Assembly (NCBI GenBank): GCA_042408215.1
Contig: JAYFMW010000006.1
Location: 544,001-608,000 of the forward strand
DNA: 64,000 bases
Direction of reading: 5' to 3'
From: Microcoleus sp.
GTDB lineage: Bacteria > Cyanobacteriota > Cyanobacteriia > Cyanobacteriales > Microcoleaceae
Each line of letters begins with the position of its first letter. Within the stretch, counting starts at the first letter, position 1. Made by a program: the position numbers and the translations under genes. Shown piece by piece: positions 42,950-53,561 of the stretch. A model generated the notes under the pieces. That model was not told the DNA's origin. It was given only the letters and a program-made list of their open reading frames with translations, and searched no databases.

Positions 42950-43115
42950 TCACTCTTACTCTTATTTTTTAGTCCGCGCTTGAGTGGACTTCGTTTGACA
43001 AGAAGCGGTTTAAACCGCCAAGTGATATCAAATCCGTTGGTATCGGAATTATTCATCTCTCTTCTCTTCCTCAGCGCCCTCTGCGCCCTCTGTGGTTAAA
43101 TCATCCAGAAACATT

Positions 43116-43892
43116 TCAAATCAAAGAACCACCACCATCAATCCAGACCTCAGTACCTGTGATGAAACTGGAGGAGTCTGAGACTAAAAATAAAACTAAT
43201 TTGGCAACTTCTTCACTAGAACCTGCGGTATTATTAGTCAAAGGAATCAGATCGCGAATGAAATCCGCCACTCCTAGAATGCGATCGAGATTTCGCTTAA
43301 TAGCACTTTCCTCAATACCAGTCAGCACCCCACCCGGACAGATCACATTAACTCGGATTTTGCTAGCAGCGAGTTCTAGGGCTAACATTTTTGCAAAGGT
43401 TACTTGAGCAGCTTTAGTACAAGCGTAGGCTGTAGCACCAACTTTCCTGAAACTTCTAGTGCCATTAATCGATGATGTAATGACAATCGAACCGCCTTGT
43501 TTTTTAAGATGAGGAACAGCATACTTTACCGTCAAAAATGTTCCTCTGAGGTTAGTATTAATTGTCCGATCCCACTCATCCGGTTCGATATCTTCTATCG
43601 GCGACCATACACCATTAATCCCCGCATTTACAAACAAAATATCAATTTTTTGATACTCGTCAAAAATTGTTTTAAATGCCTGTTGCATTTGCTGAGAATC
43701 TCCCACATCTGCGACAACTGCCAGTCCACAGCCGCCTTGATTGACCAACTGGCGGACGGTTTCTTGCCCGCTATCTAGAATGCGATCGATAATAGCAACT
43801 TTTGCGCCTTCCTTGGCCATTAAAATTGCTGCTGCACGACCAATCCCCGACCCACCGCCAGTAATAACGGCAACTTTATCTAAAAGATTCAT
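43116..43892 (-). CDS. SDR family oxidoreductase
   Basis: TGGGSGIG, VNAG and YACTK motifs. Confidence 0.92.
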   Translation of the reverse strand: MNLLDKVAVITGGGSGIGRAAAILMAKEGAKVAIIDRILDSGQETVRQLVNQGGCGLAVVADVGDSQQMQQAFKTIFDEYQKIDILFVNAGINGVWSPIEDIEPDEWDRTINTNLRGTFLTVKYAVPHLKKQGGSIVITSSINGTRSFRKVGATAYACTKAAQVTFAKMLALELAASKIRVNVICPGGVLTGIEESAIKRNLDRILGVADFIRDLIPLTNNTAGSSEEVAKLVLFLVSDSSSFITGTEVWIDGGGSLI

Positions 43893-43959
43893 AAATTTTT
43901 ATCTATACAATATTTGAGGGGTTAAAAATATTCAAGTAACAAGAAATATATCTTGTTAT

Positions 43960-44080
43960 AAAGCAACCGCCAAGGCGCTTAGGTCGCTGAGCCCTTCGAC
44001 TACGCGAGCGGGTAAACTCCGTCGAAGGGCGAGCGTGCGACGCTCCGTCGAAGTATCCTAACGGCCTTGGCGGTGGCTAT
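43960..44080. repeat. MITE-like element with inverted ends ACCGCCAAGGC / GCCTTGGCGGT and an internal CCCTTCGAC...GTCGAAGGG palindrome
   Basis: inverted repeats visible. Confidence 0.6.
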
Positions 44081-44227
44081 ATATATAGTTTCCGGTTGCA
44101 TCGGTATTGTTCAAACAGTCAACATTCAACAGTCAACATTCAACAATCAACAATCAACATTCAACAATCAACAATCATCTGACGGTGCAACCGGAATTGA
44201 TATTACTTATTACTTGTTATACGGTGT

Positions 44228-45706
44228 TTAGGATTGTGGAATCCAGACAGAAACGGAACCACCATTACACCTAAAGTCTGCCCAACCTTCGTTATTAGTT
44301 GTGATAGATTCTTTGATGTTTTCGGTGATGTCAATATAGGTGCGATTCGGTTGTCCGACTTCCATAAACTTGCTGCCCTCACCCCCGTTACTCAGTACCA
44401 CAGCCATGCCACCTGGATGTTCTTCATCTCCGAGTCGCGTCCAGCCAATTGTATTAGCGTGGTCAAAGTAATCGTATTGATTGCCGTAGGAATAGCTTTG
44501 GCGGGCCAACAGGAATTTATCAATAATCCACTGATGTTTGTCTAACCAAATCTCGTATTCCTTGCCATCTTTTCCTGTATCCTTATAATGATCGCCGTAA
44601 TAATCGGGGGAAAAAATGCAGGGATATCCTTCACGCCGCAGCAGGATTAAAGCATAAGCAAGGGGTTTAAACCAAGACTCGACAACAGATTCTAGGGATT
44701 GTAAGGGTTGGGAATCATGGTTATCAACCAGGGTAACGGCGAGGGTTGGTTGCTGTTGAACAAGGGTGCCGTCAAAAATTGTTCGCAAGTCATAGTTATT
44801 GCCGGATTTGCTTGCCGCGTGGAAATTGTAGTGAAGGGGTGCGTCAAATAAGGCGACTTTACCATCGGTAACAGTAATGAAGTGGTGCAATGCTTCGACT
44901 TCATAAGACCAATATTCACCGACGGCAAATAGGTCGCGTTTGGCATAGTTGCGAACGTGTTCTAACCATTCTTGGAAAAATTCTGCTGATACGTGTTTGA
45001 CGGCATCGAAGCGAAAACCGTCAACGTTTGTTGTATCGACATACCACTCACCCCAGTATTTTAATTCCCCGGTGACTTCTGGGTTGTCCATATCTAAATC
45101 GCAACCCATGAGGTAGTCAAAATTACCTTTTTCTAAGTCTACTTCTCGATCGAATTCTTTGCCTTTGAGCAAGTAAATGGCATTTGCGCCTGTATTGTAA
45201 ACGTTGTAATCAATGGCGTCAAAATGCCACCAATGCCACTCCATGCTGGAATAGGTTTTGCCACGGCCAGGGAAGGTAAAATGCGTCCAAGCTTTAATTT
45301 TTTGATATTCGCCTACTGTGGCATTGCGGTCATCGGGATTGAAGGGTGTGGCTTCGGCTTCTTCTTCGGCATCAGCACCTAATTTGTGGTTGAAGACAAC
45401 ATCGGCATAAATCCGAATTCCTGCATCTTGTGCAGCTTTGATCGCCCGCAAATACTCATCTTTTGTCCCGTATTTCGTCCGTACCGACCCTTTTTGATCG
45501 AACTCGCCTAAATCAAATAAGTCGTAGACGCCGTAACCCACATCCATACCGCCGCCCGTTCCTTTATATGCGGGTGGCAACCAAAGGGATGTAACGCCTA
45601 TTTTGGCTAAATCTTTTGCAGATTCGGCTAGCTGATTCCAGAGGTTGCCGTCAGCGGGGGTGTACCAGTGGAAATATTGCATCATCACGCCATTGACTTC
45701 AGACAT
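44228..45706 (-). CDS. alpha-amylase (GH13)
   Basis: MMQYFHWY, DVVFNH, GFRFDAVKH, GEYW and VDNHDSQ motifs. Confidence 0.95.
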   Translation of the reverse strand: MSEVNGVMMQYFHWYTPADGNLWNQLAESAKDLAKIGVTSLWLPPAYKGTGGGMDVGYGVYDLFDLGEFDQKGSVRTKYGTKDEYLRAIKAAQDAGIRIYADVVFNHKLGADAEEEAEATPFNPDDRNATVGEYQKIKAWTHFTFPGRGKTYSSMEWHWWHFDAIDYNVYNTGANAIYLLKGKEFDREVDLEKGNFDYLMGCDLDMDNPEVTGELKYWGEWYVDTTNVDGFRFDAVKHVSAEFFQEWLEHVRNYAKRDLFAVGEYWSYEVEALHHFITVTDGKVALFDAPLHYNFHAASKSGNNYDLRTIFDGTLVQQQPTLAVTLVDNHDSQPLQSLESVVESWFKPLAYALILLRREGYPCIFSPDYYGDHYKDTGKDGKEYEIWLDKHQWIIDKFLLARQSYSYGNQYDYFDHANTIGWTRLGDEEHPGGMAVVLSNGGEGSKFMEVGQPNRTYIDITENIKESITTNNEGWADFRCNGGSVSVWIPQS

Positions 45707-45896
45707 AATTGAGTTTCTCCTGTTTTGTCAAGCTGCGGGCGATATTTTTTGTTACTAATTAGTATAGCTATGCCTGCAATCTTTGGTCAATAGATATCAT
45801 AAAAGATGGGGTAGATCAAAACAATCTATCTGTTGATGGATTGACAAAAAACATAAATTTGATCTTAAAATCTTTCAGAACATTTAAAAACATTAA

Positions 45897-46039
45897 TACC
45901 AATTTTTTATGAGGCTGCATAGAATCTGATCCCCCCTAACCCCCCTTAATAAGGGGGGGACAAGATTCTTCTCAAAGTCCCCCTTCTTAAGGGGGATTTA
46001 GGGGGATCGAAATATATGCAACTTCACATTAAATTGGTA
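45897..46039. mobile_element. 143-bp MITE with TIR TACCAATTT/AAATTGGTA and a 3-bp TSD (TAA)
   Basis: TAA at 45894-45896 and 46040-46042; sister copy at 57617-57779 with TTA TSD. Confidence 0.85.
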
Positions 46040-46818
46040 TAAGAGGTTGTTGCTTCTGTGGTAATTCGCTCAACTCTGGTGTTCCAAGTGCCATCGATCG
46101 CCAATTCGAGCAACCTAAATCCAGGCGGGATTTGGTCAACTATAATCGGATGGCTTTTTGGTAAAAGTTGGAGACAGGTACTGGGCGTGCCCAAGTAGGA
46201 AACGGGGCCCCGCTGTTGGTGGAATTCTTGGTGAATGTGGCCACAGAGGACGATTTTTATTTGAGGGTATCGATCGACAATAGCAAAAAATTCATCAGAA
46301 TTGTGCAGCATCATCTTGTCCATTATTTCACAGTCGATCGCCAATGGATGATGGTGCAAGGCGATCGTCACAAATCGATCGCCCGTTTGTTGCAATTGAG
46401 AGTCCAGCCAATCCAAGCTTTCTGGGGAAAGTTTGCCGCCATCGCATCCCGCTTCCACACTCGAAAGCAAGAGAAATTGCCAGTTTCGGAGGTTCCACGA
46501 TTTTTCTGGGGAAATAGGCGGCTTATCTAATATTTGCTGCATTACCGGCAAGTTGTCGTGATTCCCAGGTATCCAGTAAGTGGGGATGTTTAGGGGGGAA
46601 ATCAGGGAGGCCAGGATCTCGTAGGATTCGGGTGTTTCATCTTGGGATAAGTCCCCTGTCAGCAGGAGTAAGTCTGGCTGGGGCTGGATCTGTTGCAGCC
46701 GTTCGAGAACTGCTTGGAGGGTGCGGGCGGTTGAGAGGCCTTTCCAGGTGCGATCGAACTCTGCAAACAAGTGAGTATCGGTGATTTGGGCGACGAGTAG
46801 GGGAGAAGCGGGTGTCAT
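46024..46818 (-). CDS. cpdA: 3',5'-cyclic-AMP phosphodiesterase
   Basis: QITDTHL, LTGDLSQD, PGNHD and CGHIHQ motifs. Confidence 0.9.
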   Translation of the reverse strand: MTPASPLLVAQITDTHLFAEFDRTWKGLSTARTLQAVLERLQQIQPQPDLLLLTGDLSQDETPESYEILASLISPLNIPTYWIPGNHDNLPVMQQILDKPPISPEKSWNLRNWQFLLLSSVEAGCDGGKLSPESLDWLDSQLQQTGDRFVTIALHHHPLAIDCEIMDKMMLHNSDEFFAIVDRYPQIKIVLCGHIHQEFHQQRGPVSYLGTPSTCLQLLPKSHPIIVDQIPPGFRLLELAIDGTWNTRVERITTEATTSYTNLM

Positions 46819-46972
46819 GGCTGGTGTTGCGGGCGATCGATCTAATTCTAGAGTACCCTGTCGCAAGGGTTTTGGGGATGTGGGAACAAAGGGCGATGGA
46901 AATTTTTGAGAAAAGTGTTGAAATAATCAAGATTTGGTGTAAGATAAAAAAGCGTCAAATTTCTGACGTGAC

Positions 46973-47043
<71 letters not shown>

Positions 47044-47169
47044 TAATTTTTAGTATTTTTAATAAGTCTTAAATGCTTGTGTGACAAGGTTTTTGGGTTT
47101 GTTATAGATTGTAAATTGTATTTAAATGTGCATAATTGATTGCGGAAAGTAATGCAAATTTAATGCAAT

Positions 47170-47506
47170 GCAAAAAGTGCTGACCATTAAGACCAGAGTG
47201 GGCAGAATAGTGGGAGCTAGCGGACATTAAGAGACCACCTGTTACGGGTGAATGCCATGCTGATCTTGGCGATCGCGTTTGTAAGTTTTTGCCTGATCGC
47301 CCTTCGACTTTTGCGCTTACGATTTGCGCCACGCTTGGGCGATTCGAGCGATTCGTTTCCGGCTAGATTCCTCGCTGGCTGCTAAACAGATGGGGCACAG
47401 CTTAGCCACGCATACGCAAACCTATCACCTGGCTCTCAATGAGCGCGAACAGCAGCGAGCTTACGATCGGATTTTGTCGCTGCACGCGCTTTCTGACTAC
47501 ACTTAG
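47170..47506 (+). pseudogene. tyrosine integrase C-terminal relic
   Basis: YDLRHAWAIR...AAKQMGHS...HTQTYH box II motifs; upstream fragments carry stops; adjacent to the tRNA. Confidence 0.8.
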
Positions 47507-47582
47507 ATTTTGGATTTTCTACCTAACACAGCATCATAGGGGCGTGGTTGTGCTTACGTGCCTCCCACTACAACAATTTCCA

Positions 47583-48506
47583 CTAACTGTCCTCAAGTAT
47601 TCTCAGATTTGGCAACTGTCTGATCGCTTGTGGGATGGAAATAATCTGATCCCCTTCGATGTCAAGGTATCTCAGGTTGAACAGTTGTCCGAGCGATTCT
47701 GGAATGGAGGTAATCGGATTACTTCCAATGCTAAGCTCTGTCAGATTCGACAGTTGCCCAAGCGCCTCTGGGATGGAGGTAATCTGATTATCAGAAAGGT
47801 AAAGCAGTTGCAGATTATACAGTTGCCCAAACGCTTCTGGTATGGAGGTGATCTGATTACCAAAAAGAATAAGGTCTGTCAAATTCGACAGTTGTCCAAG
47901 CGTCTCTGGAATGGTTCTAATTTGATTATCGTTGAGATCAAGCTTTCTCAGATTGAATAGTTGCCCAAGCGCCTCTGGTATGGAGGTGATCTGATTACTG
48001 TCGAGGTGAAGCTCTGTCAGGTTTGATAGTTGCCCGATCGTTTCAGGTATAGAGGTAATGCGATTTCCTCTGAGGTTGAGTTCTGTCAGGTTTGACAGTT
48101 GCCCGACAGCTTCAGGGATGGAGGTAATGCGATTGTAGCTGAGGTCAAGCTTAGTCAGGCTTGACAGTTGCTCTATCTCTCCAGGGATGGAGGTAATGCG
48201 ATTTGAATAGAAGTTCAGCTCTGTCAGATTTGATAGTTGCCCGATCGCTTCAGGGATGGAGGTAATGCGATTTGAACCGAGGTTAAGTATTTTTAAGTTG
48301 GTTAATTCAAGGACAGCATTAGGAAACTCAGTTAACCTATTTCCAACCTGTCTGTCTTCATCTTGGCCCAACAGCAAAGTTTCAAGTTTTATGCACTTGG
48401 CAATTTCTGGTGGCAACTTTTTCAACTTCAGCCCCGACAAATCCAGTTTTGTCGAATTCTCCTCAGATGCTTGATCGATTCTCTGCACTGCTTTCTCTCG
48501 CGTCAT
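47583..48506 (-). CDS. leucine-rich repeat protein (23-aa repeats)
   Basis: repeated LTELxLxxNRITSIPEAIGQLSN units. Confidence 0.93.
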   Translation of the reverse strand: MTREKAVQRIDQASEENSTKLDLSGLKLKKLPPEIAKCIKLETLLLGQDEDRQVGNRLTEFPNAVLELTNLKILNLGSNRITSIPEAIGQLSNLTELNFYSNRITSIPGEIEQLSSLTKLDLSYNRITSIPEAVGQLSNLTELNLRGNRITSIPETIGQLSNLTELHLDSNQITSIPEALGQLFNLRKLDLNDNQIRTIPETLGQLSNLTDLILFGNQITSIPEAFGQLYNLQLLYLSDNQITSIPEALGQLSNLTELSIGSNPITSIPESLGQLFNLRYLDIEGDQIISIPQAIRQLPNLRILEDS

Positions 48507-48630
48507 GTTCTTTGCCTCTCAGTGAAATTCATTTTAGTGTGACTATGATTTTAGTCTATCTCTCGTCTATCAAGTTCTTCTTTCCGCAGTAAAACTTAGC
48601 TAAAACTGTCCGAAATTTCGGACAGTTTTA

Positions 48631-48743
48631 GGGTAGTGGTATTTCGTAAAGGACAGAGTAAAATACTCTATTTTGGAAGTCAGACTGGGTAAGACTCCTC
48701 GAAAGGTCGATTATTCTTCATCCTTTACGAAAAGACACTACCC
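48631..48743. mobile_element. 113-bp MITE with TIR GGGTAGTG..TTTCGTAAAGGA (IS1-like ends)
   Basis: imperfect 23-bp inverted repeats. Confidence 0.6.
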
Positions 48744-48785
48744 GTACTCCTACGCGATATTTGATTTTTTGTAGATGTCTATTGA

Positions 48786-49415
48786 CTACGATCGCAAATC
48801 CTCGATCAGTTTTTCTATAGCCATACTTTTTGTGGTTTCATCCGGAAGATAATTAAACACTTTCTGTAAAAGTTCTATACACGCATTTTTAATAAACCAA
48901 TCTTCACCCGGATTATCCCCAAGATTCAAAAAATACTTTAAACGTTCCTCTATCGCTTCCTTATCTGGTTTATCCAGTTGTCCAACTCGCTCAACCCAAT
49001 CCCCCTGCGAATCTTTAAAACAGTTAGCATCAACAGTACATATCTGATGCACTAGAGCAAAGGAATTATTAGAAAGACCATTTCTCTTGGTAGAATTAAT
49101 CGGATATACTGTTGGTAAACCTTTATAGGTTTCTTGTGAAGTCAACGGAATTAGCGTCAAAGTTTGGATGTATTTAGAGTTATATTGAAATTCGTCACCT
49201 GTCCAAATGATATAAGGATGCTCTCCCCGAAAAACCCTACTAGCATTAATTACCTGGTCGCAAGAAATTGTCTGGCACTCAATCGCCCCTGGTTCATTTA
49301 TATCATAAATATGATGATGACCGAGTTTGCAACGAAGAGATACTCTATAGGGATCGATCAAATAAATCCAACCTTGACGCGGTTTTTGTCCAGCCACTCG
49401 CTCACCCCAATTCAC
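48786..49415 (-). CDS. PemK/MazF-like toxin
   Basis: PRQGWIYLID...LIPLTS...SFALVHQICTVD...RVGQL pattern; overlaps the upstream gene. Confidence 0.7.
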   Translation of the reverse strand: MNWGERVAGQKPRQGWIYLIDPYRVSLRCKLGHHHIYDINEPGAIECQTISCDQVINASRVFRGEHPYIIWTGDEFQYNSKYIQTLTLIPLTSQETYKGLPTVYPINSTKRNGLSNNSFALVHQICTVDANCFKDSQGDWVERVGQLDKPDKEAIEERLKYFLNLGDNPGEDWFIKNACIELLQKVFNYLPDETTKSMAIEKLIEDLRS

Positions 49416-49884
49416 TCATTAACTTTTCTCTTTCTTTGTACAGATTCAGTCTCACCTGTTCCTCTGGTTCATGGCTATATTTAACCTCAATCATGGGAGC
49501 AGTGCTATACACATATTCTAGTAACTGCTTGAGTTTATCCTCTCCTGAACCAGCCCATTCTCTCCTGATGTTGTCAAGCATGAGCTTCAGACCTAAAGGT
49601 AACTTTAAATCATCCACATTACCTGCTCCCTCACCAAGTCTGATGAATATACTTTCTCCCTGAGATTCTTGCAAAATCTCTTTGCCATTCATTTGATTTA
49701 AAGCAGCGTTAATGTCTTCGTTCCAAGGCCCATAGTAATAATAACGCCAATCTAACTCAGTAAGCTGTTTTTCTGTCCATTTGACTGCATAAAGATCGGC
49801 TAAGTACAAAAATTTGATTAACTGCGTTTTTGTAATATAGCCTTTGGTTGCGTAAACAAAATACTCGATCAGGGTTTCCAGCAT
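49402..49884 (-). CDS. Panacea (DUF4065/SocA-like) antitoxin
   Basis: TKTQLIKFLYLAD...WRYYYYGPW...LLEYVYSTAPM. Confidence 0.8.
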   Translation of the reverse strand: MLETLIEYFVYATKGYITKTQLIKFLYLADLYAVKWTEKQLTELDWRYYYYGPWNEDINAALNQMNGKEILQESQGESIFIRLGEGAGNVDDLKLPLGLKLMLDNIRREWAGSGEDKLKQLLEYVYSTAPMIEVKYSHEPEEQVRLNLYKEREKLMSELG

Positions 49885-50079
49885 AGCTTTCCTTCTTTTC
49901 TCTCAAAAAAAACTGTCTCCACAATTGATCTTATTACTATTTAAATTAATTTAACTTTAGTCTATTATATCATCCGCAGGAACGTTTGGCTATTAAAGCA
50001 TATAAAAAAATATGACAATTCAATTGCTAATCGCCAATCACCCCAAGGCAATTAGCAATTAGCAATCTTACCCAAACAA

Positions 50080-50550
50080 TCACATTTTGCTGATAATTCT
50101 CTGCACGATTTCCACCCCTGTTACCGCTTGCCAGCCAAACAGCCCCAAAAGCGCAACATTCAGAAAGATGTGAGTATATCTGGCAAAATCATTGCCTTTT
50201 TGCATCAAAGGTGTCAGCGACGCAGAAATGGCAATTATTGCTGTCATTCCCAACCCTGCTAGCAAGTGGGAACCCACGAACAATTTGCCGTTATTGATAT
50301 AGGTGACGGCCATACCGCCGATCGCCCCCGTTACCATCAAGGCTAGCAGCAAAGAACCCATCTGGTGATGCTTGAGGTTGAATTTGCCCTTAATTAACTC
50401 TTTTTTGACCTCGCCTTCGGCACTTCTGGTGCGCCGGATTTGAACGCCGAGATACAAAGCATAAAATGAGATGGCCAGCAGTACCCACATTAACACTGGG
50501 TGGAAAAATTGGCTCCAAACTTTAACAGACTGCGGAATTTCGAGATTCAT
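50080..50550 (-). CDS. DUF4079 family membrane protein
   Basis: FFHPVLMW, KHHQMG and GSHLLAG motifs; four transmembrane helices. Confidence 0.8.
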   Translation of the reverse strand: MNLEIPQSVKVWSQFFHPVLMWVLLAISFYALYLGVQIRRTRSAEGEVKKELIKGKFNLKHHQMGSLLLALMVTGAIGGMAVTYINNGKLFVGSHLLAGLGMTAIIAISASLTPLMQKGNDFARYTHIFLNVALLGLFGWQAVTGVEIVQRIISKM

Positions 50551-50646
50551 GGTGCGATCGGGATTAGTAAAGATACTTCATAAAACTTAGCATACCAGTC
50601 ATGCCGTCTCATGTGATGGTAAAAACATACGGGATGAGAGGCTATT

Positions 50647-52128
50647 ATGACTGCCACTAAACAAGACGCTGTATTAATCCAAGCTGCCAAGACTGGCAAC
50701 ATTATTCACGTACAAGCCTTACTCGCTAAGGGTGTTAACGCTAACGCCAAAGACTCTGAGGGGACGACGGCTTTGATGTTTGCGGCCCAAAAGGGCTATG
50801 CGGAAATCCTGCGTATTTTACTAAAAAATGGCGCTAATGTCAACCAAGTCAGAAGGCGTTTTGGCCTGACGGCTTTGATGCTGGCGGCGGCTCACAAGCA
50901 GGCTGATTCTGTGCGGCTGTTGCTGGCTGGGGGTGCTGATGTTAATGCTAAAAATGATGATGGTAGTACGGCTTTGATGGCGGCTTGTTTGAAAGGTGAT
51001 ATCAATGTTGTGCGGCTGTTACTTGCTGCTAATGCTGATGTGAATGTGCGCGATCGAGATGGAGATTCTGCTCTGAAAATAGCTGCTTTATCTGGCAAGG
51101 AAATTGTAGTAAAAGCTTTGGCAGATGCGGGAGCTATTGCTGACAATTCTATGCTGTCTTTGGCAGTTAGTCAAGGTCGCGCTGAAATTGTGCGAATTTT
51201 GCTCAATTGTGGCGCGGATGCTAATGTTAAAAATCAAGTCGGCAAAACTGCTTTGATGCAGGCTGCGACGGCGGGAAATTTGGCTGTTGTTGAGGTGTTG
51301 TTGGCTGCTGGTGCTGATGTTAGCATTCGAGAGCAAGATGGCGAAACTGCTTTAACTTTGGCTGCTGATTTCGGTCATATTGATGTGGTGCAGGCTTTGC
51401 TTGATGCGGGTGCTGATGTGAATGTGAAAAATGGGGATGGGGGAACGGCTTTGATGGCGGCGGCTGCTGGGGGAAATGCGCCGATCGCTCTTATTTTACT
51501 TGATGCTGGTGCTGAGATCAATGCTAAGGATAAAGATGATGAAACTGCTTTAAATTTGGCTGTTGTCGAAGGCTATGAGGATGTTGTGGAATTGCTTTTG
51601 AACCGGGGTGCTAGTGTCGAGCATAGAAATCGGTTGGGCGATACGCCTTTGCTGGTAGCGGCTGTTCACGGTGACACTGCGATCCTATCATATTTGCTGC
51701 AAAAAGTCAATCAAAATAACGCTGATTTTCTGAATGCTAAAAACTTTGGGGAGACGGCTTTAACTTTGGCGGCTTTTCAGGGACATACTGAGACGGTAAA
51801 GGCTTTGGTTGAGGGCGGTGCGGATGTTAATCTCGCTGCGGATCGAGGGAAAACGGCTTTAATGAAAGCGTGCGATCGAGGTCATGTTGCGATCGCCCAA
51901 TTATTAGTTGACAACGGTGCTGATGTCAATGTGCGGGATGATTCCGGTGCAACTGCTTTAATGTGGGCCGCCCATCGGGGCTGTGCTGGTGCTGTCAAGA
52001 TTTTAATTGATGCGGGTGCTGAGCTAAATCATCAAAATTTGGGTAATTATACGGCTTTAATGCTGGCTGAGTTTAACGGTTATAAAGAGGTGGTGAAACT
52101 GCTGAAAAGTGCTGGATCGCGGGAATAA
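50647..52128 (+). CDS. ankyrin repeat protein
   Basis: many GxTALMxAA...GADVN repeats. Confidence 0.95.
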   Translation: MTATKQDAVLIQAAKTGNIIHVQALLAKGVNANAKDSEGTTALMFAAQKGYAEILRILLKNGANVNQVRRRFGLTALMLAAAHKQADSVRLLLAGGADVNAKNDDGSTALMAACLKGDINVVRLLLAANADVNVRDRDGDSALKIAALSGKEIVVKALADAGAIADNSMLSLAVSQGRAEIVRILLNCGADANVKNQVGKTALMQAATAGNLAVVEVLLAAGADVSIREQDGETALTLAADFGHIDVVQALLDAGADVNVKNGDGGTALMAAAAGGNAPIALILLDAGAEINAKDKDDETALNLAVVEGYEDVVELLLNRGASVEHRNRLGDTPLLVAAVHGDTAILSYLLQKVNQNNADFLNAKNFGETALTLAAFQGHTETVKALVEGGADVNLAADRGKTALMKACDRGHVAIAQLLVDNGADVNVRDDSGATALMWAAHRGCAGAVKILIDAGAELNHQNLGNYTALMLAEFNGYKEVVKLLKSAGSRE

Positions 52129-52251
52129 TATCGGTCTTATACCAAGACTGGTTATGCAATTATCCTTAAGTTTGTAGTAAGGATTTAATTCCTTTCTTTG
52201 TCCGATCATCCATCGGGACTAAAGTCCTTACTACAAACCTCACTACAAACC

Positions 52252-53190
52252 TCAATCTGTTCGCCTTACCCAACCGTTGATAGTAAAGCGGCTGTCAGCA
52301 AAAGCTTTGGAAGGACAACTGACTGGTAAGACTTCGTGCATATAGCGGCTCAGAAAAAATACGATGCTGTTGTTGCGCGGTTCAACTGTTCTAAAAGAGT
52401 CAGCGGCTACATAGAAATTGTTCTCGATTTTACTGTCATAAATCTGCAATTCACCACCAGAAAAAGCCTTTGGTTCTCGATTGAAATAGTAAACATAAGT
52501 AAAAAATCTGGTTGCTGTATCGGGAGAGCCACTATCGTTATGAAGTTTGTAATAGTTATTGTCGTTGTGCATAGTTAGCTGAGATTCTATCTCACCAATA
52601 GAAAATGATGGAATATTTAATTTTCCCAGCACGTCGGGGAGAATTGCTTTAATGCGATTAATCATCAGTTCTGAGAATTCTGGGAACGAATGGAGTACCA
52701 TAGAACGGCGGTATTCGTCGGCATTGGTTGAGGTGCTGGTAGTCACAAATTCTGATTCTTTTGCTAAAACATATTTGATGAGTTTATTCTTTTCTGCGGC
52801 TGTGAGGAAGTTGTCAATTTGGGCGTATCGAGATATTAATTCGTCATTTACTGGCGCAGATGCGGGAATTTCTACGGGAATTTCTACGGGAATTTCTACG
52901 GGAATTTCGGGCTGCTGCGCTTGCAGTTGCTGTAAGTAAATTGGGGGTTCTGTGACTAAGCCGACTAGGTGTTCGCCTGGAAAACAAAGTGCCGATCGCC
53001 CTGAGTCTATGGGAATCTGAAATAAGGTGGAAAAACCTGGTGTTTGTTGGGTGCGATCGACTAATGTTTTAACAAGATTGTGCAATAATGGTGTGTCGGA
53101 TTTGAGCGTGATTGTGCATTGATGTCCGCCAGTAAGCAGGATTTTGACTTTGACATCTTGGGGTTGAATTTGCGGTTGAGTGTAGGTCAT
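52252..53190 (-). CDS. 2OG-Fe(II) oxygenase (prolyl hydroxylase-like)
   Basis: YYKLHND, FSGGEL, HEVLPV and RFTINGW motifs. Confidence 0.88.
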   Translation of the reverse strand: MTYTQPQIQPQDVKVKILLTGGHQCTITLKSDTPLLHNLVKTLVDRTQQTPGFSTLFQIPIDSGRSALCFPGEHLVGLVTEPPIYLQQLQAQQPEIPVEIPVEIPVEIPASAPVNDELISRYAQIDNFLTAAEKNKLIKYVLAKESEFVTTSTSTNADEYRRSMVLHSFPEFSELMINRIKAILPDVLGKLNIPSFSIGEIESQLTMHNDNNYYKLHNDSGSPDTATRFFTYVYYFNREPKAFSGGELQIYDSKIENNFYVAADSFRTVEPRNNSIVFFLSRYMHEVLPVSCPSKAFADSRFTINGWVRRTD

Positions 53191-53270
53191 AATTTTTTCA
53201 AGACACGATGGGAAACTCGCTAAAGATATAATTCGTAAGGGAAACAATTCGGTAGGGACACAACACTGTT

Positions 53271-53537
53271 CATTAGTGTCAACTTAAAACTGAAACCCCT
53301 TGATCGATCTCGTTTTTACCTGAGTCTAGATCCCCCTAAATCCCCCTTAAGAAGGGGGACTTAAAGAGGCTTCCTGTCCCACCCCCTACTCCCCTTAAGA
53401 AGGGGAGTAGGGGGGGACTTTGAGCCATTTCCGGTTCCCCCCTTCTTAAGGGGGAGTAGGGGGCAAGCTAAGGGGGGATCTAGACTGGGGTGAAAGCGAT
53501 ATTTATCATGGCTTTCAGGCTTAAGTTGTCACCAATG
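53271..53537. mobile_element. MITE (CATT...AATG ends) with a 9-bp TSD AACACTGTT, inserted in a REP-like palindrome
   Basis: TSD at 53262-53270 and 53538-53546; outer GTAGGGACAC/GTGTCCCTAC arms. Confidence 0.85.
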
Positions 53538-53561
53538 AACACTGTTGTGTCCCTACAATAA

